This document shows positions 9,274 to 17,611 of a stretch of DNA of 64,000 nt, in pieces. The stretch comes from an uncultured Gammaproteobacteria bacterium (GTDB lineage: Bacteria; Patescibacteriota; Patescibacteriia; UBA1558; S5-K13). Location: contig CAZAOE010000003.1 of NCBI GenBank assembly GCA_964486685.1, positions 5,306-69,305 on the forward strand, read 5' to 3'. Made by a program: the position numbers and the translations under genes. The notes under the pieces are model-generated. The model saw only the letters and a program-made list of their open reading frames with translations. It had not been told where the DNA came from and did not search any database. Each line of letters starts with the position of its first letter. Position 1 is the first letter of the stretch.

Positions 9274-10899
9274 ATGAAAAATAATAATAATGTAAAATAT
9301 ATCTTTGTAACTGGCGGTGTCTGTTCTGGTTTAGGTAAGGGTATTTCTAGTGCCTCTATTGGTGCCATTTTAAAATCGGCTAATTATAAAATATTTACTC
9401 TAAAATTAGATCCTTATTTAAATATTGATCCGGGCACAATGAGTCCTTATCAACATGGAGAAGTTTATGTAACAGATGATGGTACTGAAACAGATTTAGA
9501 CTTGGGACACTATGAAAGATTTATTGATACTAATCTTAGTAAGCTATCTAATTTAACAACTGGTCAGGTTTATCAATCTGTTTTAAGCAAAGAAAGAAGG
9601 GGGGGGTTTTTAGGAAAAACTATTCAAATTATTCCTCATATTACCGATGAAATTAAAAAATATATTTACCAAGCCGCCAAAGAAAGTCAAACCGATATTT
9701 TAATCATTGAAATTGGTGGAACCGTAGGTGATATTGAGGGAGAGCCATTCTTAGAAACCGCTCGTCAAATTAGAATTGAACAAGGCTATCATCAAACTAT
9801 GTTCGCTCATGTTACATTATTGCCCTATATTAAGGCCTCTAATGAAACCAAAACTAAACCCACCCAGCTTTCTGTTAAGGAATTATTAAAAAGAGGAATA
9901 ACTCCTGATTTAATTATTGCTCGTACTGAAACTAAAATTACCAAAGAAGCTATTGAAAAAATCTCTATGTTTTGTAATGTAAAACCTGAAGCAGTCATTC
10001 CAGCTCCTACAGTTAAAATACTTTATGAAGTACCTATTAATTTTGAAAAAAGTGGTATTTCTAAAATTATTTACAAACATTTAGAGCTTTCTCATAAAAA
10101 ACCCGACCTAGATCCTTGGAATAAATTGCTGAAAAAAATAAAAAAAATTGATAAAAAAATAACTATTGGATTAATAGGAAAATATACTGAAAATATTGAT
10201 GCTTATTTAAGTGTAAACGAGGCCTTAAAATCTGCATGTTATCACAATAATTTAAAACTTAATTTAATTTGGATAGATTCTGTTAAATTAGAAAAAAATA
10301 ATCATGCAGAAATATCTAAATTAAAAAAATTAGCTGGTTTAGTAGTCCCTGGCGGATTTGGTTCTCGAGGTATTGAAGGAAAAATCAAAGCTGCTAAATT
10401 TGCTCGGGAAAATAAGGTACCTTATTTGGGCCTATGTCTTGGTTCGCAAATTATGGCTATTGAGCTTGCTCGTAATATAGCTAATTTAAAAGACGCCAAC
10501 TCTGAAGAATTTAATCCCAAAAGTGAAAATTTAATTGTTCATTATTTGCCTGGTCAATCTGATGACCGAGAAAAAGGCGGAACTCTTCGTTTGGGGGCCT
10601 ATCCTTGTATTTTAAAAAAGGGGACTAAGGCCTATCAGGCCTATCAAACTAAAAAAATATCTGAAAGGCATAGACATAGATATGAATTTAATAATGCCTA
10701 TCGGGAAATTTTAGAAAAAGCCGGCTTAATTATTTCTGGAGATTCTCCTAATCATAATTTAATGGAAATTGTAGAAATTAAAGACCATCCTTTTATGTTG
10801 GGCTCTCAATTCCACCCTGAATTCAAATCCCGCCCATTAAGACCACACCCCTTATTTAATGCTTTTATCAAAGCAGCAGAAAAGTATAGCAAGAAATAA
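9274..10899 (+). CDS. pyrG: CTP synthase
   Basis: 541 aa; YIFVTGGVCSGLGKG start; GATase domain GLCLGSQ...H...E. Confidence 0.95.
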   Translation: MKNNNNVKYIFVTGGVCSGLGKGISSASIGAILKSANYKIFTLKLDPYLNIDPGTMSPYQHGEVYVTDDGTETDLDLGHYERFIDTNLSKLSNLTTGQVYQSVLSKERRGGFLGKTIQIIPHITDEIKKYIYQAAKESQTDILIIEIGGTVGDIEGEPFLETARQIRIEQGYHQTMFAHVTLLPYIKASNETKTKPTQLSVKELLKRGITPDLIIARTETKITKEAIEKISMFCNVKPEAVIPAPTVKILYEVPINFEKSGISKIIYKHLELSHKKPDLDPWNKLLKKIKKIDKKITIGLIGKYTENIDAYLSVNEALKSACYHNNLKLNLIWIDSVKLEKNNHAEISKLKKLAGLVVPGGFGSRGIEGKIKAAKFARENKVPYLGLCLGSQIMAIELARNIANLKDANSEEFNPKSENLIVHYLPGQSDDREKGGTLRLGAYPCILKKGTKAYQAYQTKKISERHRHRYEFNNAYREILEKAGLIISGDSPNHNLMEIVEIKDHPFMLGSQFHPEFKSRPLRPHPLFNAFIKAAEKYSKK

Positions 10900-10929
10900 A
10901 TAGCTTAAATATATAAAACAAATCCTTTC

Positions 10930-10958
10930 ATTGACAATCAGGTCTTTTTAGTTTATAA
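10930..10958 (+). promoter_or_regulatory. consensus sigma70 promoter TTGACA-17-TATAAT driving the tRNA-Gln/tRNA-Ser operon
   Basis: exact -35 and -10 hexamers with 17-nt spacer. Confidence 0.7.
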
Positions 10959-11054
10959 TTTATCAAGTTAATTATTGGGTCGTCCGCCTACGCATAAAGC
11001 TACGGCAGGACTGAAATAAAATTAAAATTTGATATTTAAAATTTATTTGAAATT

Positions 11055-11078
11055 CCTGCCTGCCGGCAGGCAGGTATT
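11055..11078. repeat. 24-mer CCTGCCTGCCGGCAGGCAGGTATT (20-bp perfect palindrome) in the tRNA leader
   Basis: identical 24-mer recurs at 30781-30804 upstream of ackA; variant inside porA CDS at 33325-33348. Confidence 0.8.
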
Positions 11079-11106
11079 GTTTGAAATTTGTAATTTAATA
11101 AAGCAT

Positions 11107-11181
11107 TGGGTCGTAGCCAAGTGGTAAGGCAACGGGTTTTGATCCCGTCATGCGTAGGTTCGAATCCTACCGACCCAGCCA
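11107..11181 (+). tRNA. tRNA-Gln (anticodon TTG)
   Basis: 7-bp acceptor TGGGTCG/CGACCCA, anticodon loop TTTTGAT, T-loop GTAGGTTCGAATCCTAC, encoded CCA. Confidence 0.85.
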
Positions 11182-11232
11182 TTCTTCGCTCTCGCTTTAC
11201 TCGAGCTACGAATGGCACGGCCATTAACTTAA

Positions 11233-11322
11233 GGAGAGTTGCCAGAGCGGTCGAATGGGACAGTCTTGAAAACTGTTGAGCCTTTACGGGTTCCGGGGGT
11301 TCGAATCCCTCACTCTCCGCCA
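11233..11322 (+). tRNA. tRNA-Ser (anticodon TGA), type II with long variable arm
   Basis: acceptor GGAGAGT/ACTCTCC, anticodon loop CTTGAAA, long extra arm, GGTTCGAATCC T-loop, encoded CCA. Confidence 0.85.
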
Positions 11323-11435
11323 TCTCATGCTAGCACGATAATATTAAAAATGACTTCTTTATGGAGCTGTTTTTTTTATTTGACCTTAGTCTATAATTAA
11401 GTTAACATATCTATAGTAAGTAATTTTATAAATAT

Positions 11436-12665
11436 ATGCCCACTAAAAAAATTATAACTAGGGGTCCTAAATCTAAAATTGTTGCTTCAAAAAAAGTTAA
11501 AAAGAAAATTACCAATAAAAAATCGTTAAAAATACATAGAAACGAAAAATTTAAGGGTATATACATACAATATAAAATTAATATCGAACTACACGAAAAA
11601 TCAGTTTTTGTGATAGGTGATTATGCCAATAAATATGATTCTTCAATAAAAAAAAGACTTAATGAAATATATGAAAAAATAAAAACAAAAAAAGGAAAAC
11701 TAACTGTTTTAGATTTGAATACTTTGGAAAAATATTTAGAGATGCATCCTCAACAAGAATCCTTGTTTGCAAAAAATACAATTGTATCTATAGTGTCATT
11801 GATGGATAATGTTTTTTCTTCAATATTTAGATATTATTATTCTAACAATCCAGAAAGATTATCTATTGAAAATAAATCAATTACATATGCGGAACTCAAT
11901 GAGGTGGCTAAGATTGAAGACGCAAAAACATATCTACTAGATAAAGAAATAGAAAAAATACTTCTAAATGAAGGTATAAAAGATAGATTCCGTATTCTAA
12001 AAGAAGACATGGGCATTACACTTCCTGATAACAAAGAACATCTAGATGAATTAAATAAACTGATTAAAACGCGCAATCTTATTGTTCATAATTCATGTTG
12101 TGCTGATCAAGAATATATAAAAAAATATGGTTCGAAGGGTATGGAAAAGGGAAGTCATATTCCTTTAAACAAACAGTACCTATTGGACTCCCTAGCCCTA
12201 GTTTTTTATATAGGTGGCTTTATCCTACAATCTGTGCAAATTAAATATGCTGATAAAAAACTTGATGACAGAGACTTTATACTTAATGACTTGATACACG
12301 AATTGGTAAAGAAAGAAAAATTCACGTACATTAAAGAATTATATAATGCTTCAAAAATTTTTACTTTAACTGATATGACTAAAAAAATGATTGTTATTAA
12401 CTTTTGTATTGGAGCAAAAAAACAAGGAAGGTCTAAACAACACATTGATCAGATTTTAGAAAAAGAGGATTGGAGCGTTGAAGATGACGATCTATCGCTA
12501 TATTTATATGCATTAAAAGATCAACATAATATGTTTTATTCTCACTTAAAAAAACTTATAAAAAATAACCAAATACGTAAAAGAGAGTTATTAGAGTGGG
12601 AAATATTTACATTTTATAGAAAAAAAGCAAAATTTAGGGAAATAATAAAAAAAGTAATAAAATAA
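11436..12665 (+). CDS. hypothetical Lys-rich protein; contains Rx4H (TRNLIVHN) HEPN-like motif (weak)
   Basis: 409 aa; first gene after the tRNAs; no confident family assignment. Confidence 0.45.
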   Translation: MPTKKIITRGPKSKIVASKKVKKKITNKKSLKIHRNEKFKGIYIQYKINIELHEKSVFVIGDYANKYDSSIKKRLNEIYEKIKTKKGKLTVLDLNTLEKYLEMHPQQESLFAKNTIVSIVSLMDNVFSSIFRYYYSNNPERLSIENKSITYAELNEVAKIEDAKTYLLDKEIEKILLNEGIKDRFRILKEDMGITLPDNKEHLDELNKLIKTRNLIVHNSCCADQEYIKKYGSKGMEKGSHIPLNKQYLLDSLALVFYIGGFILQSVQIKYADKKLDDRDFILNDLIHELVKKEKFTYIKELYNASKIFTLTDMTKKMIVINFCIGAKKQGRSKQHIDQILEKEDWSVEDDDLSLYLYALKDQHNMFYSHLKKLIKNNQIRKRELLEWEIFTFYRKKAKFREIIKKVIK

Positions 12666-12925
12666 TATAATGTTATCTGACTAAAGAAGAGTGTGGTTGT
12701 GTCACTTTTGTCACCTTTTAAAGAAGCGCTCGAGGATCTTATTTATTGAAATGAAGAAAAATGCTAGAATAACCTTACTGGGCTTGACGAAATTGGGGTT
12801 CCAGCCCGATGTAGCCCGCCAATTAATTCGTTAGAATTAATTGTCCTGAGCGAAGTCGAAGGACACTCGAAAAATCATCTACTAGGTAGATGTTTTTTGT
12901 TTGAAAAATTGATAAAATAAAAAAA

Positions 12926-12955
12926 CTTCTCGTGATAATTACGAGAAGTTTTTTA
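12926..12955. terminator. symmetric hairpin AAAAAACTTCTCGTGATAATTACGAGAAGTTTTTT downstream of the HNH gene
   Basis: perfect stem flanked by A-run and T-run. Confidence 0.6.
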
Positions 12956-12961
12956 AAATGA

Positions 12962-13249
12962 TTAATTTCTAATTGCACATTTTAATTGTGAAGAATCTCC
13001 TTTTTTCACATTATTTTTCCAGTGTAATGGTTGTAAATTAGAGAGAGCATCACTTCCATCCCGTGAATCTGGCACAATATGATCTATTTCCCATCCGTAT
13101 TTTGCATCTCTGTCACCGTGTTTGCTAAATTGCATCCACGCATTACAAGCGTCTTTTCTATAGATATTGGGATTATTATTGCCAACAATTTTTCCTTTTT
13201 TCCAAACTGCTGCAATTATATCACTTGACCATCTTTCTATTCTATACAT
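12962..13249 (-). CDS. HNH endonuclease family protein
   Basis: 95 aa; H-N-H core (WEIDHIVP...NLQPLHWKNN). Confidence 0.7.
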   Translation of the reverse strand: MYRIERWSSDIIAAVWKKGKIVGNNNPNIYRKDACNAWMQFSKHGDRDAKYGWEIDHIVPDSRDGSDALSNLQPLHWKNNVKKGDSSQLKCAIRN

Positions 13250-13595
13250 AATTCTTTAAAATTAATAATTAAATATTTACTAAAAATTGAAAATGTGCTA
13301 TCCTTTAGTTGTTAAAAGTGTTTTGTGTAGGATTTCGATTTTACACATTTTCAAACGAGGTTCAATGAGGCCTCGTTTTGATTTTTAGAATTTTCAAAAC
13401 TTAATAAAAATATAATTAATCTTATTTTACAAAATACCAAAATACTATATATAGTAGTCTAACTATGTTTTAGTATACCACATTTTGTGTTTTTTTACAA
13501 ATTATAATTGTGGATAAATGCCTTTTTGTCCTAATATAGTGGGGATTCAAAATATTTTATTTGATTTTTTTATATGAAAATGGGAGAATAGATAT

Positions 13596-14405
13596 ATGAC
13601 TAAACCATATTACAAAAGCAAAGATGGCAAATTTGTTTTATATAAGGAAGATACTTTAGAATATTTAAAAAAGCTCAAAAAGGATTCGGTCGACATGATT
13701 TTTGCTGATCCACCGTATTTTCTTTCAAGTGGAACTTTCACTTGCCAAAATGGGAAAATGGTTAGCGTTAAAAAAGGAAATTGGGATTTAAGCAATGGTC
13801 TAAAGAAAAATTTTAAATTTCAAAGAGAATGGATTAAATTATGTAAGAAAATATTAAAACCAAATGGAACAATATGGATCAGCGGAACCTATCATTCTAT
13901 TTATCAATGTGGCTTTGCTTTACAAGCCGAAGGATATCATCTTTTGAATGATGTATCTTGGTTTAAACCAAACGCAGCCCCTAATTTAAGTTGTAGATTT
14001 TTTACCGCTAGCCACGAAACATTAATTTGGGCCAAAAAAGACAAGAAAGCAAAACATAAATTTAATTATGATTTAATGAGAGACGGTAAATGGCCAGAAG
14101 ATAAATTTAAAGTCCCCAATAAACAAATGAGATCTGTTTGGTCAATTAATACTCCTAAAAATGGCGAAAAACAATTCGGAAAACATCCCACTCAAAAACC
14201 AATGGATTTGTTGAAAAGAATTATTTTGGCTAGCACAGATAAAAATGATTTAGTTTTAGATCCATTTACTGGAAGTTCCACTACTGGAATCGCTGCTCAC
14301 ATGTTAGGTCGAAGATTTGTTGGAATTGATAAGGAAAAAAAGTATTTAGATTTATCGATTAAAAGATTTGAACACTTAGAAAAAAATCAAAAATTAAATA
14401 TATAA
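13596..14405 (+). CDS. DNA methyltransferase, beta-class amino-MTase (DpnA/MboIC-like; probable N6-adenine)
   Basis: motif IV DPPY (MIFADPPYF) precedes motif I (LDPFTGSSTTG), i.e. beta-class order; 269 aa. Confidence 0.85.
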   Translation: MTKPYYKSKDGKFVLYKEDTLEYLKKLKKDSVDMIFADPPYFLSSGTFTCQNGKMVSVKKGNWDLSNGLKKNFKFQREWIKLCKKILKPNGTIWISGTYHSIYQCGFALQAEGYHLLNDVSWFKPNAAPNLSCRFFTASHETLIWAKKDKKAKHKFNYDLMRDGKWPEDKFKVPNKQMRSVWSINTPKNGEKQFGKHPTQKPMDLLKRIILASTDKNDLVLDPFTGSSTTGIAAHMLGRRFVGIDKEKKYLDLSIKRFEHLEKNQKLNI

Positions 14406-14409
14406 AATT

Positions 14410-15180
14410 ATGGCTAATAGTAAATCATGGGCGAAAATATTTAAAGATCATAATATCGGTGAACACGATTTTTCTAAGAAACCCTTCATTCTTAACGCTG
14501 AAGATATTAAAAAGTCTTGTCAAAGATTTAAAAAAACTGCTGAAAAGGAAGTTCGTATTTTGTGTAAACAAGACACAAGAGAATCTCGTCCAAGAATATT
14601 TAGAAATAATAATTTATTCTTGTTGCCAGTTAAAAATGGAATATATAATATTATAAAAGGAGAGGGTTATATAGATATGCCGGAAATTAAAAAAGAGATA
14701 ACAGTTTATAACTCAAAATTAAATTTTCATTTAGATTCTTCGGAAATCGGTAATTCTGAGATGCAACATTTGGATTTTGCTTATGCCTCTAGTTTAATAA
14801 GAACATTCATGGAAGATACTAGTTTAGTATTAACAATCCGAGGAAGAAAATATACTCCAGAATTTAATTTTTCAGTAGGAAAACAAAATATTAGTGTCCA
14901 AAGCGTACAAACAGAAGTTGATGCAGGATATGAGGGAAAAAAACAAATAGTATTAATAGAGGCAAAAAGTCCGGGTATTAAAAATACAATTATTAGACAA
15001 CTATATTACCCATTTAGACAATGGCAAAATTGCACTAATAAAAAAATTGTTACCTTATTTTTTGAAAGAGATCAAAAAGAAAATTCTTATTCAATTTGGC
15101 AATTTCAATTTAAAAATGTTAAAGACTATTCTAGTATAGAATTAGTTAAATCTGGAAAATATAGAATAATAGAAAAATAA
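14410..15180 (+). CDS. putative Type II restriction endonuclease (PD-(D/E)xK)
   Basis: starts 4 nt after the MTase stop; VDAG...VLIEAKS fits D-x13-ExK. Confidence 0.5.
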   Translation: MANSKSWAKIFKDHNIGEHDFSKKPFILNAEDIKKSCQRFKKTAEKEVRILCKQDTRESRPRIFRNNNLFLLPVKNGIYNIIKGEGYIDMPEIKKEITVYNSKLNFHLDSSEIGNSEMQHLDFAYASSLIRTFMEDTSLVLTIRGRKYTPEFNFSVGKQNISVQSVQTEVDAGYEGKKQIVLIEAKSPGIKNTIIRQLYYPFRQWQNCTNKKIVTLFFERDQKENSYSIWQFQFKNVKDYSSIELVKSGKYRIIEK

Positions 15181-15193
15181 ATATATTAAAAAT

Positions 15194-15227
15194 CACTTCA
15201 AATAAAACAAATGAAGTGCTTTTTTTG
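15194..15227 (+). terminator. rho-independent terminator CACTTCAAATAAAACAAATGAAGTG plus T7
   Basis: hairpin plus T-run directly after the endonuclease gene. Confidence 0.7.
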
Positions 15228-15253
15228 TTGATTTTGATATAATGATAGTAAGT

Positions 15254-15316
15254 TTAAAACGCAAAACGCAAAACTAATTTCTACAACCTAATAAGCTAAC
15301 CCCCTACAAGCTAACC
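15254..15316. repeat. dispersed repeat family copy (AAAACGCAAAACGCAAAACTAATTTCTACAACCTAATAAGCTAACCCCCTACAAGCTAACC)
   Basis: full two-module copy ending 2 nt before the ATG at 15319. Confidence 0.8.
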
Positions 15317-15318
15317 TT

Positions 15319-15687
15319 ATGTCTAAATTTTTAAAATGGACCCCGCGAATTTTAACAATTGCTTTTATTTTATTCATCAGTTTATTTGCTTTAGATTCTT
15401 TCGGAGGAGATGTTCCTGTTTTACATCAAATTATCGGATTTATAATTCATCTTATCCCTAGTTTTGTTTTAGTGGCCATTTTAATCTTGGCTTGGAAAAA
15501 ACCTCAGATTGGAGGAATAATATTTTTAGGAATTGGCTGTGCCTTTACTATATTTTTTAATACCTATGAGCATTTACTCAATTTTTTACTTATTTCGTGC
15601 CCGGTATTTATAATAGGAATATTGTTTTTAATAACGCAAAACGCAAAGTTTAAAACGCAAAATAAAAAACTTAAAATTAATAATTAA
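15319..15687 (+). CDS. hypothetical membrane protein
   Basis: 122 aa, 3-4 TM helices; 3' end encoded by AACGCAAAACGCAAAG repeat module (15636-15672). Confidence 0.45.
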   Translation: MSKFLKWTPRILTIAFILFISLFALDSFGGDVPVLHQIIGFIIHLIPSFVLVAILILAWKKPQIGGIIFLGIGCAFTIFFNTYEHLLNFLLISCPVFIIGILFLITQNAKFKTQNKKLKINN

Positions 15688-15715
15688 AAAAAACTTTCAA
15701 CTTTCTACAAAAATT

Positions 15716-16354
15716 ATGGACAAACAAGATTTAATCCAAAAATGGAAAGAGGAGGATCTGAATTTTGATGAATCTGTTATCAAAGCATTTTTAGATGTCC
15801 CCAGAGAAAATTTTGTTTTAAAAGGTCATAAAGCTTTAGCTTATCAAGACACTCCCTTGCCAATATTAGAAAACCAAACTATTTCACAGCCAAAAACAGT
15901 AATGATAATGACTCAAGCATTAGAATTAAAACCAGGACAAAAAATTTTAGAAATTGGAACCGGCTCTGGATATCAAGCGGCTATTATTTCTAAAATCATT
16001 GGTGAAAAGGGTAGGACTATTACACTAGAAATTAGAGATGAATTATTTAAAATGGCTAAAAAAAACTTAAAAAATTACAAAAACGTTGAAGTGATTAAGG
16101 GTGATGGTAGTATTGGATATCAAAAACAAGCACCTTATGACAGGATAATCTTAACAGCAACAGCTCCTTATATATCAGATGAATTAAAACAGCAACTTAA
16201 AAACAACGGAATAATATTAAGCCCTGTCGCTAAAAGCGGATTCCAAAAAATGATTAAACTTATCAAAAACAAAGATGGCTTTAAAAAAGAAGATTTAGGA
16301 TATTTTTCATTTGTTCCATTAATAGGACAAGGTGGTTGTAAAAATATGCTATAA
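15716..16354 (+). CDS. pcm: protein-L-isoaspartate O-methyltransferase
   Basis: SAM motif LEIGTGSGYQAAI; 212 aa. Confidence 0.85.
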   Translation: MDKQDLIQKWKEEDLNFDESVIKAFLDVPRENFVLKGHKALAYQDTPLPILENQTISQPKTVMIMTQALELKPGQKILEIGTGSGYQAAIISKIIGEKGRTITLEIRDELFKMAKKNLKNYKNVEVIKGDGSIGYQKQAPYDRIILTATAPYISDELKQQLKNNGIILSPVAKSGFQKMIKLIKNKDGFKKEDLGYFSFVPLIGQGGCKNML

Positions 16355-16387
16355 TGAAGACAATAAATTAAATAATAATTAAATATT

Positions 16388-16951
16388 ATGTCTACTAAAA
16401 TTAAAGAATATTTAAATATCCAAAACTGGGATAAAATAAAAATTATTGCTTCTGTAAATGCCAAAACATTAGAATTAATTATTCTGTCTAGTCTAGCCTT
16501 AATAACGCCTATATTTTTAAAACACCCCCAAATACTTGTCGGAGTTATTATTAATGCCATTCTCATTAAGGGAGCTTTGTCTTTAAAAAAATATCAACTT
16601 TTACCCTTAATAATAATGCCTTCTGTTGGTGTAGTGCTGGGTGGATATTTATTTGGAGGTTTAACAAAATTTGTATTTTTTATAATGCCGTTTATTTGGC
16701 TTGGCAACACTATATTAATATACTTATTTAAAAAAAGAACAAATAAAAACTATATTTTCACGCTTTTATTGGCATCTTTTTCAAAAATGACATTTTTATT
16801 TTTAAGTGCCTTAATTTTATATTTATTAAATATAATTCCAAAACCACTTTTAATGGCTATGGGCTATATGCAATTTATAACCGCTATTTTAGGTGGCACC
16901 CTAGTATTAACTGAATTAAAAATTGAAAAATGGTTCAAACCCATTAAATGA
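16388..16951 (+). CDS. hypothetical polytopic membrane protein
   Basis: 187 aa, 5-6 predicted TM segments. Confidence 0.45.
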   Translation: MSTKIKEYLNIQNWDKIKIIASVNAKTLELIILSSLALITPIFLKHPQILVGVIINAILIKGALSLKKYQLLPLIIMPSVGVVLGGYLFGGLTKFVFFIMPFIWLGNTILIYLFKKRTNKNYIFTLLLASFSKMTFLFLSALILYLLNIIPKPLLMAMGYMQFITAILGGTLVLTELKIEKWFKPIK

Positions 16952-16999
16952 ATAAGAAATGTAAAAACTGGCATAAAACTTATTGTAACCAATTAATGT

Positions 17000-17449
17000 A
17001 TGAACAATATAAAAAATAAAAAAAAATCATCTAACGGGTCTAAGAAAAAATTAATCATAGAACACCTCCATGATATTCAAGCTAAGCACGGATTTATTTC
17101 AGAAAAAGAATTAAAAAAACTAAGCTTTCAAACAAAAAAATCCGTAGCCGAGCTTTATGAAGCGGCATCATCTTACGCTTATTTTAGTTTTGAAAAAAAA
17201 CCAGAAAAATTAATCAAAATTTGTGATAGTCCTGTCTGTCATCTGAAGGGCAGTGAAAATTTACTTAAACATATTGAGAAATTAATCGGAATTAAAGTAG
17301 GAAATAAAAATTCTAAAGTTGGTTTAGAAACAACTCAATGTTTAGGTTTATGTGATCAAGCTCCAGTAATACAAATTAACGATAAATTTTATACCAAACT
17401 AACCAAAGATAAAATTGCACAAATCCTAAAGAAGCAAAAAATATTATAA
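17000..17449 (+). CDS. NuoE-like [2Fe-2S] thioredoxin-fold subunit (HndA-type)
   Basis: CDSPVCHLKG ... CLGLCDQAP cysteine pattern. Confidence 0.8.
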   Translation: MNNIKNKKKSSNGSKKKLIIEHLHDIQAKHGFISEKELKKLSFQTKKSVAELYEAASSYAYFSFEKKPEKLIKICDSPVCHLKGSENLLKHIEKLIGIKVGNKNSKVGLETTQCLGLCDQAPVIQINDKFYTKLTKDKIAQILKKQKIL

Positions 17450-17611
17450 TACCAATATACGAATGTATACTAATTATACCAATACAATACGAATAGAATT
17501 TATAAATGATTTATAAATTTTAGGATTAATTAAATTATTAGTATAATATTCGTATCATTGGTATTAATTAGTATATTAGCATTATTATATTAGCATTATA
17601 ATCATTCGTAT

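Noticed and set aside
11036-11323. 95-aa minus-strand ORF
   Set aside because: Lies antisense across tRNA-Gln and tRNA-Ser; its translation is arbitrary (GFEPPEP...); it is an ORF-caller artefact.
13596-15180. Naming the R-M system specifically as DpnII/MboI (GATC)
   Set aside because: The MTase resemblance to DpnA is from memory of the family and the endonuclease shows no recognisable similarity by eye. Specificity is left as probable rather than asserted.
11323-15230. Integrase/att-bounded genomic island at tRNA-Ser
   Set aside because: No integrase gene, and no direct repeat of the tRNA-Ser 3' end found downstream. The block is called an accessory or defence island on gene content only.
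16168-16566. 132-aa minus-strand ORF
   Set aside because: Antisense to the 3' end of pcm and the 5' end of the 16388 membrane-protein gene; no independent signals.
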